From assembly GCA_943787795.1 (NCBI GenBank), contig CALSNU010000001.1:448001-512000 (forward strand): a stretch of 64,000 nt of DNA. Direction: 5' to 3'. The notes under the pieces are model-generated. The model was not told the DNA's origin. It was given only the letters and a program-made list of their open reading frames with translations, and did no database searches. Positions within the stretch are counted from its first letter, which is position 1; the number at the start of each line of letters is the position of its first letter. Shown here one piece after another: positions 9,049 through 19,325 of the stretch. Source of the DNA: an uncultured bacterium (GTDB lineage: Bacteria > Planctomycetota > UBA1135 > GCA-002686595). Both the position numbers and the translations under genes were made by a program.

Positions 9049-10436
9049 TCTTCATTAGCACCGTCATTGGCGCCACCCTGGCGCTCGCCCCGGGCGCCAC
9101 TCTGCAGCCCTCCGACCTCGCCGCGGCGGAGCCCGGCCCGGCCCCTGGGGGCTGGGTGAGCCTCTTCGACGGCAAGACCCTCGAAGGCTGGACCGAGAAG
9201 GGCGGCCGCTATGACGGCGACGCCGACTGGACCGTGGAGGACGGCGCCATCGTGGGCCGCGAGGCCGAGGGCGCCCAGGGCGGGCTGCTCTACACCGACG
9301 GGATGTACGCCGACTACGAGTTCGAGTGCGACGTGAAGGTCACGGCGCCCTTCGACAGCGGCATCTTCGTCCGCATGCTGCCCAAGCAGCGGGGCGCCCA
9401 GTTCACGATCGATGACCGCCCCGGCGGCAGCATCTGCGGCGTCTACTCCGACGGCTGGCTCTACAAGGAGACGGGCGGGAGTCAGGCCTGGCGCAGCGGC
9501 GAGTGGTGCCACATGCGGGTGCGCTGCGTGGGCGATCCCATGCACCTGATGGCCTGGATCGACGGCGAGTGCGTCCTGGACTACCGCATCCCCGCGGGGC
9601 TCAGCCCCTTCGCGCGCTCGGGCCGAATCGGGATCCAGGTCCACGGCGGCCGGGACGACCCGGAGGACGCGGCGGTCCGCTTCAAGAACCTGCGGGTGCG
9701 CGAGGTGCCCGCTGGAGCGGACCAGGCTTTCACCCGGGCCGACGACGGCACCATGGCCCTCACGGCCGTGGGGGAGGCTTCGGGCTGGACGAGCCTGTTC
9801 AACGGAGCAGACCTGACGGGCTGGGTCCCGGCGGGTGGCGTGGAGTCGGCCATGGACGACGCGGCGTGGGCCCGCGCGGGCTATCGGGTGCAGGGTGGCG
9901 AGCTGCAGGGGCTGATGCGAGGCAACGCCGGTCACATCCGCACGTCACGCATGGACTTCGACGACTTCGAGTACCGCATGGACTTCAAGATCTCCCGGCT
10001 GTGTAACTCGGGCCTCTACCTCCGCTCGACCGAGGAGGGGAACCCGTCGTTCAATGGCTGCGAGGTCCAGATCCTCGACGACTTCAACTGGGAGGCAGCG
10101 AGCGGCAGCAAGCTGGCGCCCTACCAGTTCACTGGTGGGCTCTATGGGGCTCAGGCGCCCTCGAAGTCGGCGCTCAACCCCATCGGCGAGTGGAACACCT
10201 ACCAGGTCAACTGCGTGGGGCCGCGCATGCAGTGCGCCCTCAACGGGGTGATCCTGTGGGACGTGGACACGAGCACCATCAAGCCCAAGCAGGGCGAGCC
10301 CTTCGCCCAGCGCGCGAAGCGCGGCTTCATTGGCATGCAGCGTCACGGGGCGGCCGGGAAGACGGACTCCGACGTGGGCGTGGCCTTCCGCAACATCTTC
10401 GTCCGTGACCTCGAGGTCTCGGGCGGGACGGAGTGA
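9045..10436 (+). CDS. Secreted tandem DUF1080 (3-keto-disaccharide hydrolase-like) protein
   Basis: Signal peptide. Two copies of the W.SLF(D/N)G..L.GW ... (D/N)SG ... G.IG.Q.HG ... F(K/R)N..VR pattern. ATGA overlap with the upstream gene. Confidence 0.85.
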   Translation: MIFISTVIGATLALAPGATLQPSDLAAAEPGPAPGGWVSLFDGKTLEGWTEKGGRYDGDADWTVEDGAIVGREAEGAQGGLLYTDGMYADYEFECDVKVTAPFDSGIFVRMLPKQRGAQFTIDDRPGGSICGVYSDGWLYKETGGSQAWRSGEWCHMRVRCVGDPMHLMAWIDGECVLDYRIPAGLSPFARSGRIGIQVHGGRDDPEDAAVRFKNLRVREVPAGADQAFTRADDGTMALTAVGEASGWTSLFNGADLTGWVPAGGVESAMDDAAWARAGYRVQGGELQGLMRGNAGHIRTSRMDFDDFEYRMDFKISRLCNSGLYLRSTEEGNPSFNGCEVQILDDFNWEAASGSKLAPYQFTGGLYGAQAPSKSALNPIGEWNTYQVNCVGPRMQCALNGVILWDVDTSTIKPKQGEPFAQRAKRGFIGMQRHGAAGKTDSDVGVAFRNIFVRDLEVSGGTE

Positions 10437-10449
10437 CGGAGCGCTCGGG

Positions 10450-11259
10450 ATGAGGCTGCGGCTCCTGCCGAGCTCGTTCCCGGGCTCCTCGCACGAGGTC
10501 TCCGCCCCGCGGGTCGCCGCCCAGCCCCTCACCAGCTTCGTGGTGGAGGGGCAGGGCGCGGGTCCGCTGGCCGTAGACGCCGGGAGCCTCGGGCTCGTGG
10601 GCGAGCCCGCCGAGATGGGGCGGATCGCGGGGCTGGTCCTGACCCACGCCCACATCGACCACGTGGCCTCCTTGCCCATGTGGGTCGAGGCCCTGCTCTC
10701 CCTGGACCGGGCGCCGGTCCGCGTCCACGCGTCGGCGGGCGCGATCGAAGCCCTGCGAGCGCACCTCTTCTCCGGATCCCTCTTTCCGGACTTCGAGGGC
10801 CTCCGCGAGGCGGACGGTCGGCCGCTGATGGAGCTCGTGCCGTTCCTCGAGGGGTCGCCCTTCGAACTCGTTGGCTTCCAGGTCTCCGCCTTCCCGGTCG
10901 CGCACCCCGTGCCCACCCACGGGCTCCTCGTGGACGACGGGGAGGACGCGCTCCTCTTTGGCGCCGACTCCGGCCCGTGCGAGGCGCTCTGGCAGGTTGC
11001 GGCCAGCTCGCCCCGCCTGCGCGCGGTCGTGCTCGAGGCGAGCTTCCCCGAGCGCATGCAGGCCATCGCGGACGGCTCGGGTCATCTCACGCCTGCGACC
11101 CTCGCGGCGGAGCTCGAGCGGGCCCCGGCCGGTGTCCGCGTGCTCCTCGCGCACCTCAAGCCGGCTTACCGCGAGGAGATCACCGACGAGCTCTCCCGCC
11201 GGGTGGGCGACGCCGTCGAGTTCCTGGAGCCAGGCCCCTGGGTCGAGCTCGCTCGGTGA
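10450..11259 (+). CDS. Metallo-beta-lactamase-fold protein, class II cyclic nucleotide phosphodiesterase-like
   Basis: VDAGS, LTHAHIDHV (HxHxDH), HPVPTHG, EASFP, GHLTP and HLKP motifs. Confidence 0.8.
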   Translation: MRLRLLPSSFPGSSHEVSAPRVAAQPLTSFVVEGQGAGPLAVDAGSLGLVGEPAEMGRIAGLVLTHAHIDHVASLPMWVEALLSLDRAPVRVHASAGAIEALRAHLFSGSLFPDFEGLREADGRPLMELVPFLEGSPFELVGFQVSAFPVAHPVPTHGLLVDDGEDALLFGADSGPCEALWQVAASSPRLRAVVLEASFPERMQAIADGSGHLTPATLAAELERAPAGVRVLLAHLKPAYREEITDELSRRVGDAVEFLEPGPWVELAR

Positions 11260-11279
11260 CCCTGCCCGCTGCACCCGGT

Positions 11280-11324
11280 CAGTCAGCCTGCCGCACGCAG
11301 TCAGCCTGCCGCATCCAGTCAGCC
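11280..11324. repeat. 18-bp tandem repeat (CAGTCAGCCTGCCGCAnn, ~2.5 copies)
   Basis: Read directly. The last partial copy contains the minus-strand stop of the 11319-14468 gene. Confidence 0.85.
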
Positions 11325-14300
11325 GACGCTGTCGGGCGCCGCGACCGGCGTCTCCGAGAGGACCGCGTCCAGGGTCGCCACGAGGCGGCGGACCTCCGCG
11401 TCGGTGAAGGTGATGGGCGGCTTGATTTTGAGCACGTTGCCATGGGGGCCGTCGGTCCCGATCAGCACGCCCCGCTGCCGCATCCTCAATGACACGTAGC
11501 GCGCCACGTCGCCGGCGGGCTCCCGCGTCGCGCGGTCCCGCACCAGGTCGACGCCGAGGTAGAGGCCGCGCCCGCGCACGTCGCCGATGACCGGGTGGCG
11601 GCGGGCGAGCGGGGCCATCGCCTGGAAGAAGGCCTCGCCGGCTCGCCGCGCTCGCTCGAGGAGCCCCTCATCGTCGATGACGTCCAGCACCGCCTGGCCG
11701 ATGGCAGCGGACACATGGTTGCCGCCGAAGGTCGCGAAGAACTCCATGCCGCCGGCGAAGCGGTCAGCGATCTCCCGGGTGGTGGCCACAGCGGCGAGGG
11801 GGTGGCCGTTGCCCATGGGCTTGCCCATGGTGACGATATCGGGCCGAGCGTCCTGCTCCTCGAAGGCCCAGAAGTGGGTGCCGACGCGGCCGAACCCCAC
11901 CTGGACCTCATCGGCGATGGCGAGGCCCCCGGCGGCCCGCACCGCCTCGAACGCGCCCCGCAGATAGCCTTGGGGCGGGACGACCTGACCACCGCAGCCG
12001 ATGATCGCCTCTGCCATCATGGCGACGGGGGCGCGCCCTTCGGCAGCGAGCTCGTCGAGGATGGTCTGGACCTCGGCCACGTAGCGCGGGCCGCTGTCGG
12101 CGCCCCGGTAGAGACCGCCAACCGGGTCCGCGATCGGGATCACGTGGACCCTTGAGGTGGCCTCGAAGCCGCCGCGGCCGGCGAACTTGTAGTGGCTCGC
12201 CTCCACCGTGGCGCCGGTGTGCCCGTGGTATCCGTGCTCCTGGACAAGTAGCTCCTCCGCGCCGGGCGCGGCGGCCGCGCGGGCGATCCGCAGGGCGAGC
12301 TCGTTGGCTTCAGAGCCGCTACAGACGAAGTAGAGCACGTCCAGCCCCTCGGGGAGCCTCGCGCGCAGGCTCTCGGCGTACCGGTGGAGCCCCTCGTGCA
12401 GGTAGCGCGTGTTCGTGTTGAGCAGCCCCATCTGCTGCTGGCCCGCGGCGACCACCCGCGGGTGGCAGTGGCCCACATGGGGGACGTTGTTCACCGCGTC
12501 GAGAAAGGCGCGCCCCTCGGCGTCGAACAGCGTCGTCCCCTCGCCCCGGACGATCTGCAGCGGGTCGGCCTCGTGGTGGATGGACATGGACCGGCAGAAA
12601 GTGTGGCGGCGCTCGACGTGGAGAGCGCCCGTCCTCGCCTCTCTTGCGTCGCAAGAGTCGAGGCCGAGCAGCGGCGCGGGATCGGGGCATAGACTCGTCC
12701 ACGCCCTGCGCCAGGTCGGCGCCGCGACGCCAGGGAAGTCGCCGCTCCGGTCCAGCCGGTGGAGGATGACCTGGAAGTGCAGGTGAGGTGGCCAGCCGCC
12801 GTTGACGGCCTCTGATCCGAAGGTCCCGACGCCATCGCCTGGGGCCAGGGCGTCGCCGGGGTGGAGCCGCTGCAGCACCCCCTCATCCAGGTGGCCGTAG
12901 AGGGTGAAGAAGGGGCGCCCGTCCTCGCCCTCGTGTTCGAGGATGACGGTCGGCCCGTAGTCGAGCGGGGCCGGGTTGCGCTGGACGCTCAGGACCCTGG
13001 CAGCGAGGGGCGCGAAGACCTCCGTGCCCTCCGGCGCGAAGAGGTCCACGCCGAGGTGGACGGTCCGCGGCTCTTCCCCGTCCTCGCGGGCCTCGGTGAA
13101 CGAGTCCGTCTGGTAGAGCCGTCTGGCCTCGTCGTGGAAGCCCACCGCCGCGGGGGCGCCGCTCGCGACGCGCCGGGCTTCGATCTCAGCGGCCCACGCG
13201 GAGAACGGGCGCTCCCGACCGCCCTCCAGGGTCAGGGGGCTGTCCAGGGACAGGTCCACGCGCGGCGCACGGGTCAGCGAGGCGCCCAGGACCGGGGCGA
13301 AACTCTGATCCCGGGCCCAGCGCTGGAAGGCCGAGACGCGCGGGACGGGGTCGCTCCCGGCGGCGTCGCGCAGGATCGCGGTGGCGAGGGCGGGGTGGAT
13401 CCGGTCGAGGGCCTCTAGGGCTCGCCAGGCAGGGGCGGCGCTGACCTGGTGATAGTCGTTGTCGCCCCCGTGTTCGGGCGCTCGCTCCGATGAGATGGCG
13501 ACGCTGGTCCCCAGCCTCAGCAGCGCGAGCTCGAACAGCACCGCGAACTCATCGTCGGAGAGCGGCGCCGCGGCGTGGTAGCCGGCGACCACGTGGGCCA
13601 TGGCCGAGAGGGGATCGCGCTTTCCGAGGGCTGCGTAGGCCGCGGCGATCGCGACCTCTCCGACCCGCGGCGCGATGGCCGCATCACCGAAGTCGATCAG
13701 ACCCGAGAGGCGGATGCCGCCTTCGGGCACCTCGACCAGCACGTTGTAGTCATTGGCGTCGTGGTGGATCAGCTGGTGGGGGAGCTCGGTGACGCGCGCG
13801 AGGAGGGGCCGCCAGCTCGCCTCGAGGTGCCGAGCCAGGAGGGCTCGGCGCGGTTCGGTCGCCACGTATCGAAGCCGCTCCGCGATGGTCTCGGGCCCGT
13901 CCATGAGCCGCCAACTTGGGGAGGCCGGGGCGGGCGGTACGAAGTCCGGACTCAGATCCGCGAGGGCGAGGTCGAGCACACCGAGGGTCCGCCCGAGCTC
14001 TCGGAGCAGCTGTGGCGGATGCGGATGGACCTCGGCAAGGGGCCGCCCTGGCAGGTACCGATAGAGCGCAGCGTCCACGGTGCTCCCCTCGAAGGCCACG
14101 CTCTGTAGCGGGTCCTCGCTCTCCCCTTGGCGGAGCATGACCGGGAGCAGGGCGGCGATGGAAGGCGCCCGTGATGAGAGGGCGTCGAAGAGATCGCGCT
14201 GCTGCTCCAGGGCGGCGCGTCCCGGGCGCGACGCGAAGACCTTGAGGACCGCCGTGGGCGGACGATCGTCGCCCGCGTAGAGCAGGAAGTTGCGGTCGAG

Positions 14301-14468
14301 GTCGCCAGGGAGCGGGCGGGCCCGGCTGGCGTCGACTCCGAAGGCCTCACGGGCCACCGCGAGGCCGCGCTCGTGAGCTTCAGGCCCGGTGTCAGGCCCT
14401 GCATCAGGCCCAACATCAGGCCCAACATCAGGCCGGGCGCCCATCTGCCCCTCCTCGCTCGGCTTCAT
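11319..14468 (-). CDS. Three-domain fusion: APH/hydroxylysine-kinase-like phosphotransferase + M23 peptidase-like + class III PLP aminotransferase/phospho-lyase
   Basis: Kinase IHHDANDYN and IDFGD. M23 HLGVD and HLHFQ. AT-III NNVPHVGHCHP, CSGSEANELA, ADEVQVGFGR and VTMGKPMGNG. Exact start uncertain. Confidence 0.9.
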   Translation of the reverse strand: MKPSEEGQMGARPDVGPDVGPDAGPDTGPEAHERGLAVAREAFGVDASRARPLPGDLDRNFLLYAGDDRPPTAVLKVFASRPGRAALEQQRDLFDALSSRAPSIAALLPVMLRQGESEDPLQSVAFEGSTVDAALYRYLPGRPLAEVHPHPPQLLRELGRTLGVLDLALADLSPDFVPPAPASPSWRLMDGPETIAERLRYVATEPRRALLARHLEASWRPLLARVTELPHQLIHHDANDYNVLVEVPEGGIRLSGLIDFGDAAIAPRVGEVAIAAAYAALGKRDPLSAMAHVVAGYHAAAPLSDDEFAVLFELALLRLGTSVAISSERAPEHGGDNDYHQVSAAPAWRALEALDRIHPALATAILRDAAGSDPVPRVSAFQRWARDQSFAPVLGASLTRAPRVDLSLDSPLTLEGGRERPFSAWAAEIEARRVASGAPAAVGFHDEARRLYQTDSFTEAREDGEEPRTVHLGVDLFAPEGTEVFAPLAARVLSVQRNPAPLDYGPTVILEHEGEDGRPFFTLYGHLDEGVLQRLHPGDALAPGDGVGTFGSEAVNGGWPPHLHFQVILHRLDRSGDFPGVAAPTWRRAWTSLCPDPAPLLGLDSCDAREARTGALHVERRHTFCRSMSIHHEADPLQIVRGEGTTLFDAEGRAFLDAVNNVPHVGHCHPRVVAAGQQQMGLLNTNTRYLHEGLHRYAESLRARLPEGLDVLYFVCSGSEANELALRIARAAAAPGAEELLVQEHGYHGHTGATVEASHYKFAGRGGFEATSRVHVIPIADPVGGLYRGADSGPRYVAEVQTILDELAAEGRAPVAMMAEAIIGCGGQVVPPQGYLRGAFEAVRAAGGLAIADEVQVGFGRVGTHFWAFEEQDARPDIVTMGKPMGNGHPLAAVATTREIADRFAGGMEFFATFGGNHVSAAIGQAVLDVIDDEGLLERARRAGEAFFQAMAPLARRHPVIGDVRGRGLYLGVDLVRDRATREPAGDVARYVSLRMRQRGVLIGTDGPHGNVLKIKPPITFTDAEVRRLVATLDAVLSETPVAAPDSVG
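14380..14434. repeat. 12-bp tandem repeat (TCAGGCCCnnnn, ~4.5 copies; encodes PD[V/A/T]G)
   Basis: Read directly at the N-terminus of the 11319-14468 ORF. Confidence 0.85.
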
Positions 14469-14699
14469 GCCGGCAGCGTACCGGGCGTGGGCCCCACATG
14501 AGCGGCAGCGGCCGTGAGGGGCGCCGGAGGCGGTCTTCCTGGCCCTGCTGGGGCTGATTTGGGCGCTATGTCTCGTTTTGAGTCACAGGTTCGGGCGAGG
14601 GCGTCCACCGAGCCGACCGGCCCAGGGGGTCGCGGCCCCAAATGTTTCTCGGCGGATCGTCCGATGAACCCCCCGTCCCCCTCCCACAGGACGGCCTCG

Positions 14700-15668
14700 A
14701 TGCTTCCCCAGACTCGACCCAAGGGCGCTCGCCCCTCATCGCCCATTGGCGCCCTCGCAGGCGACACCGCCGATCGCCTTCGGGCAGGCCTCCAGCGGGT
14801 CGTGCACGTCCCCGACGAGGTGGTCGAGGCCCTGACGGTGGCCTTGGTCAGCGGCGGCCACGCGCTGATCGAGGGGATCCCGGGGACGGGCAAGACCATG
14901 CTCTCCCGCGCCCTCGCGCGGCTCGTGGACTGCAGCTTCAAGCGAATTCAGTTCACCAATGACCTGATGCCCTCCGACGTGGTCGGCGGGTCGGTCTGGC
15001 GACCGAGCCAGGAGCGCTTTGACTTCGTTCCGGGGCCGCTCTTCGCGAACCTCGTCCTCGCCGACGAGATCAACCGGACCAGCTCGAGGACCCTCTCATG
15101 CCTTCTCGAGGCCATGGAGGAGGGGACGGTGTCGGCGGACGGCGAGACGATCCCCCTTGGCGCGCCCTTCACGATCTTCGCGACACGCAACCCCATCGAG
15201 TTCCACGGGACGTTTCCGATCCCCGAAGCAGCCCTGGACCGCTTCCTGGTCCACGTCGAACTGGACTACCCAGAAGCACACCTGGAGAAGGAGCTCTACC
15301 AGGGCCGGGGAGGCGACGGGACGATCGACGAACTGGAGCCGGTCCTTTCACGTGAGGAGCTCCTCATGTTGATCTCCGCGGTCCCAAGCGTGCACGTCTC
15401 CGCTGAGGTCGCCGAGTACGCCTATCGCGTGGTCTCGGCCACGCGTGCGCACCCGGAGATCGAGCTCGGCGTCAGCCCACGGGCTGCGGTGGCGTGGACC
15501 AACGCCGGCCGCGCGCGGGCGCTCCTTGACGGCCGTGACTACGTCCTCCCCGACGACCTCAAGGCCCTCGCGGGCGTCGTCCTCGGGCATCGAATCGCCA
15601 CCAGCGGCGGTATCAAGGGCAGCGAGCGGATCGCAGAGGTCCTCGAGGGAGCGGAAGTCGAGCTGTGA
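14700..15668 (+). CDS. MoxR-family AAA+ ATPase
   Basis: Walker A GIPGTGKT, RIQFTNDLMPSDV, Walker B LADEINR, NPIEFHGTFP.PEA.LDRF and GVSPRA. Start uncertain. Confidence 0.92.
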   Translation: MLPQTRPKGARPSSPIGALAGDTADRLRAGLQRVVHVPDEVVEALTVALVSGGHALIEGIPGTGKTMLSRALARLVDCSFKRIQFTNDLMPSDVVGGSVWRPSQERFDFVPGPLFANLVLADEINRTSSRTLSCLLEAMEEGTVSADGETIPLGAPFTIFATRNPIEFHGTFPIPEAALDRFLVHVELDYPEAHLEKELYQGRGGDGTIDELEPVLSREELLMLISAVPSVHVSAEVAEYAYRVVSATRAHPEIELGVSPRAAVAWTNAGRARALLDGRDYVLPDDLKALAGVVLGHRIATSGGIKGSERIAEVLEGAEVEL

Positions 15669-16600
15669 GGCCGACGCACTTCGGCGTCAAGTCGCTGCTC
15701 TTCCTCACAGCGATCATCGGGGCCTTCTACGCGGCGCCCTACGTGAACCTGTTCTTCCTCCTCCTCGCCTTCTTCGGGCTCCACTGGGTCCTGTGCATCT
15801 GGTGGACGTATGCGAACCTGCGCGGGGTCGAGGTCCACATCGAGGATCCCGGTCCCCTCCAGGCGGGCGCCGCAGCGCGGGCTGGATGGTCTGTGCTCGG
15901 AGAGCGTCGCAGGTTCGGGCTGATCCTCAACGTGGAGTTCGAGTCGGGAGCAGTGGGATCGGGGCGCCTGGCCTTCACGGGCGGCGACGCGCGCGCGGTG
16001 ATTCAGTTCCCCGCCCTCGACCGAGGCGTGTACCGCGCTCGGAAGGTCACGGTCTCGTCGACCTACCCGTTTGGCCTGCTCACCCGGACCGTCTCACTCG
16101 CGGTCTCGCCCGAGCTCCATGTGTATCCGGAGCCGACGGCGGCGACCCCTGGGCGCCTCGCCCACGACGTGGCCGCCGCGGACGCGACCTCGAACCTCTA
16201 TGGAGCGCAGGGCCGAACGATGCCTGCGGGGCTCAGGCCGCGCATCGAGGGGGAGGCGCTTCGGCACGTCCATTGGCGAGCCTCGGCGCGCCGTGGGAGC
16301 CTCGTCGTGAACGAGTGGGAGTCCGATCGGGCGGAGGAACAAGCGTTCCTCCTTGATCGGCGCTGCGCGGGCTCCGTCTTCGAGCAGCGCCTCTCGTCGG
16401 CGGCCGGCGCCGTCACGGAGGCGAAGCACAGGGGGAGCGCCGTGAGGCTCGTGAGCCAGGGCTTGGATCAGACCTACACCGGTAGCGGTGTCCACTGGGA
16501 CGAGGCGCTGCGCTTCCTGGCGGGGGCCGCGCCGCTCCCCGAAGGAGAGGCGGCGCCCTTGCACCTTGACGACCCATCCTCGGGGGTGCGAGTTGCCTGA
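15665..16600 (+). CDS. DUF58-domain membrane protein
   Basis: Two N-terminal TM helices. RGVY, YPFGL, VYP and RHVHWRASAR motifs. GTGA overlap with moxR. Confidence 0.85.
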   Translation: MRPTHFGVKSLLFLTAIIGAFYAAPYVNLFFLLLAFFGLHWVLCIWWTYANLRGVEVHIEDPGPLQAGAAARAGWSVLGERRRFGLILNVEFESGAVGSGRLAFTGGDARAVIQFPALDRGVYRARKVTVSSTYPFGLLTRTVSLAVSPELHVYPEPTAATPGRLAHDVAAADATSNLYGAQGRTMPAGLRPRIEGEALRHVHWRASARRGSLVVNEWESDRAEEQAFLLDRRCAGSVFEQRLSSAAGAVTEAKHRGSAVRLVSQGLDQTYTGSGVHWDEALRFLAGAAPLPEGEAAPLHLDDPSSGVRVA

Positions 16601-18647
16601 GGTCAAGCGCAAGGGGCCCTCGGCCCTGCTGCTCTGCATGATGGGGATCGTCGCGTGCAACGTGCGCTTCGTGCAGCTGACGGGCGCGGCGGACCCTCTC
16701 TGGCTGGCCCCGCTCTATGTGGTCACTCTCGCGGCCCCATTCCTGCTCCGCTTCCGCGAGAGCATGGTCTACCGCGGGGTCTGGAACCTGGCCATCGTCC
16801 TCTTCTTCCTGCGGCTCGCCTTGCACGCGAGCACATCGGAGCTGGCCTTCGTCCTGGACGACGGCCTGATGCTCGCGATCCTCTGCCAGGTTCACGTGCT
16901 GAACAACCTGCGCAAGGAGCAACGTCCAGACCTGCTCTTCCTCAACTCGTACCTGATCGCCGTGATCACCGGGTACATCACGGTCGACCTGAGCTTCGCC
17001 CTCACCTTCGCGGTCTACGCGCCACTCTTCATCGTGGGGCTGCACCTGCAGCACCTCGAACAGTTCGACCCGGGGCACGGGGTCTCGGCGCTAAGGAGTA
17101 CGGTGCTCAGAAGTACAGTGCTCAGGGCGCTGCGGCGCGAGAGCCTCCGCCGTTCGGCCGTGTTGGCCGGCGCGACGCTGCTGGCGTTCTTCTTCTTCCC
17201 GCGCGACTTCAATCGCCCCGCGCTCTTCTCGAGCTACTTCGATCTGGATGGCGACGGGTCCTCGTACGAGGTCGGCTTCGCGCAGTCCCTCGACTTCGGC
17301 GGCATCAACCGTGAGGCGGCGCAGTCCGATCGGGTCGTGATGCGGCTGGAGGTCCTCGAGGGAGACCCCCGGTCACTCCCCCGGTTCTGGCGAGGCGCGA
17401 CCCTCTCCGAGCCCCGTCGTTCCGGGGGATGGGAGGCCCGCAGCGAAGACCTGCCGGCCAGCTCGCTGGTGCGGGATCCGGCCTGGGTGAGCCGCTGGCA
17501 GGGGCTTCGGCTCGCTCGGGCGACGGACCCCAAGGCGTGGGTGCGGCCAGGCGGTGAGGGACGGAGCCGGGTCCATGTGACCCGGGCGGGGGGCGTCGAG
17601 CAGCGGCTCTTTCTCCCGCGCGAGGCCTTCGCCGTGGAGCTCGATCCCATCCACACCGAGGGCGAGCTCATCGTCAGCTCGGACGGCACGGCGGCGTACT
17701 CCAACCAAGGGGAGCTTCGCTACGAGGTGCAGCTCGGCCTGGAGCCGCGCGAGCCTGCTCCGCGCGGGCTCCGTCCTCTCGAAGTCGAGCCCTTCATCCA
17801 GCAGCCGCGGTCCCTCTTCAACCAATCGGCGCGGACCCTCGCGCGAGAGCTCTCGCGGCGGATGCCGGACGGGGCCAGCGCCCTCCAGGTCACGAGGGAG
17901 TTTGCCGCATACCTTGCCACGCGCTATTCCTACCGAGCGCCCGGCGCAGAGGGCGCGGCTCGGACGCTGGACGAGTTCCTCGGCACGGAAGCTGGGGGGC
18001 ACTGCGAGCTGTTCGCCTCGACCCTGGCGACCATGCTTCGCTCCCGGAACATCCCGGCTCGAGTGGTCAGCGGCTACACCCTCACTCCGCCGCCGGCAGA
18101 TGAACGCGTCCTCTTGATCCGATCGCGCCACGCCCACGCCTGGGTCGAGGTCTTCAGCGGAGAGGAGGGCGGCTGGTTCGCCGTCGACCCGACTCCGCAG
18201 CTCGAGGGGGGCGGTGAGGACGACGGTTGGATGGGCGGCGCCTTGGCGATGTTGGAGGAGCGATGGGCCGCCGTCACTCGCTTCGACGCGGGGTCGCGGG
18301 CGAGGTTCTGGCAGGCGCTGCGTGCCTTCCCCCGGGAGCTGATCGGCCGGGCAGAGTCGGAGCTCGGCCCGCTCGCCGGGACGGCCGCGGCGATCGGGCT
18401 CCTCGTCCTGCTGGTGCTGCGCGTGAAGCGCCGCCGGCTCAGCCCGCCCGCGACGGTCGAGGCCCTGAACCGTGAGTTCGAACGGCTCGGGGTTCAGCTG
18501 CAGCCGCAGGAGACACCCCGGGAGGGGTTCCGCCGCGCCGGCGTGGGGGATGTGGACCCGGACCAGCTGGCGGCCCTTCGGCGCGCCGTGGAGGAGCATG
18601 AGCGTGACCGCTACGCCTCCGCGGGGGCCTCGGGCCGCGTCGGCTGA
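16593..18647 (+). CDS. TgpA-like membrane transglutaminase-domain protein
   Basis: Multiple N-terminal TMs, FFFFPR, FWRG, and catalytic triad GHCELFAS / HAWVE / DPT. Probable TTG start at 16593. Confidence 0.85.
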   Translation: MPEVKRKGPSALLLCMMGIVACNVRFVQLTGAADPLWLAPLYVVTLAAPFLLRFRESMVYRGVWNLAIVLFFLRLALHASTSELAFVLDDGLMLAILCQVHVLNNLRKEQRPDLLFLNSYLIAVITGYITVDLSFALTFAVYAPLFIVGLHLQHLEQFDPGHGVSALRSTVLRSTVLRALRRESLRRSAVLAGATLLAFFFFPRDFNRPALFSSYFDLDGDGSSYEVGFAQSLDFGGINREAAQSDRVVMRLEVLEGDPRSLPRFWRGATLSEPRRSGGWEARSEDLPASSLVRDPAWVSRWQGLRLARATDPKAWVRPGGEGRSRVHVTRAGGVEQRLFLPREAFAVELDPIHTEGELIVSSDGTAAYSNQGELRYEVQLGLEPREPAPRGLRPLEVEPFIQQPRSLFNQSARTLARELSRRMPDGASALQVTREFAAYLATRYSYRAPGAEGAARTLDEFLGTEAGGHCELFASTLATMLRSRNIPARVVSGYTLTPPPADERVLLIRSRHAHAWVEVFSGEEGGWFAVDPTPQLEGGGEDDGWMGGALAMLEERWAAVTRFDAGSRARFWQALRAFPRELIGRAESELGPLAGTAAAIGLLVLLVLRVKRRRLSPPATVEALNREFERLGVQLQPQETPREGFRRAGVGDVDPDQLAALRRAVEEHERDRYASAGASGRVG

Positions 18648-18829
18648 GGGTCGCCCTACGCGAGGGCCGTCGCCTTCCTTGAGCGGTCGTCTCGGGGCGG
18701 CGCTCCGGGAGCCACGGCGCCGCGTGCTTGTGGTGGAGAGCGAGCACCGCAGCGGGGCCGGGAACGCTCGATGAGTCGGGGCCGAGAGGTTCAGGTGGAG
18801 CCGTCACGCGGCGCCCGAGGCTGCGGGCC

Positions 18830-19276
18830 TCAGCCTCCACCGCCCGAACCCCGGAGGCTTCGTCGGAGAATCGCGGGGGCAAAGAGCGCCCCGGCGGCGA
18901 GGGCGAGGAGCACCAGCGCGCCCTTGCGCCCGGCACCCCGGGTGAGCCTCGCGGTCTGAGGGGAGCGAGGGTCGTACCAGATCGATATCCGCTCACCCTT
19001 CTCGGGTGGAGGCCCCGCGCTCGACTGGAGTGGATCGGGGAGCTCGGTCCGCACGATGTCGCCGCCGGCCGCTGAGAACTCGACCCGCAGGTACGTCTCG
19101 GGAGCGGCGTCGAGGACCTGCTTCTTCGTCTCTCGCGAGTCGACCAGGGTCGCCGTCACCTGCAGCGCGTGGTCCGCGAAGTCGCCGCTCTCCCTCCACT
19201 GCACCGCTCCAAGGGCGCCCAGGAGGGCGCCGACGGCAATGGAGACGGCATCGATGGGGCGGCGGACGGAGAGCAC
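18830..19276 (-). CDS. DUF3592-like two-TM membrane protein
   Basis: TM, OB-like region (KGERISIWYDPRSPQTARL), TM. Confidence 0.65.
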   Translation of the reverse strand: MLSVRRPIDAVSIAVGALLGALGAVQWRESGDFADHALQVTATLVDSRETKKQVLDAAPETYLRVEFSAAGGDIVRTELPDPLQSSAGPPPEKGERISIWYDPRSPQTARLTRGAGRKGALVLLALAAGALFAPAILRRSLRGSGGGG

Positions 19277-19325
19277 AGGGAGACCTCGACGTGGAGAATA
19301 CCCCGTCCCGGGCCCGACCGCACGC

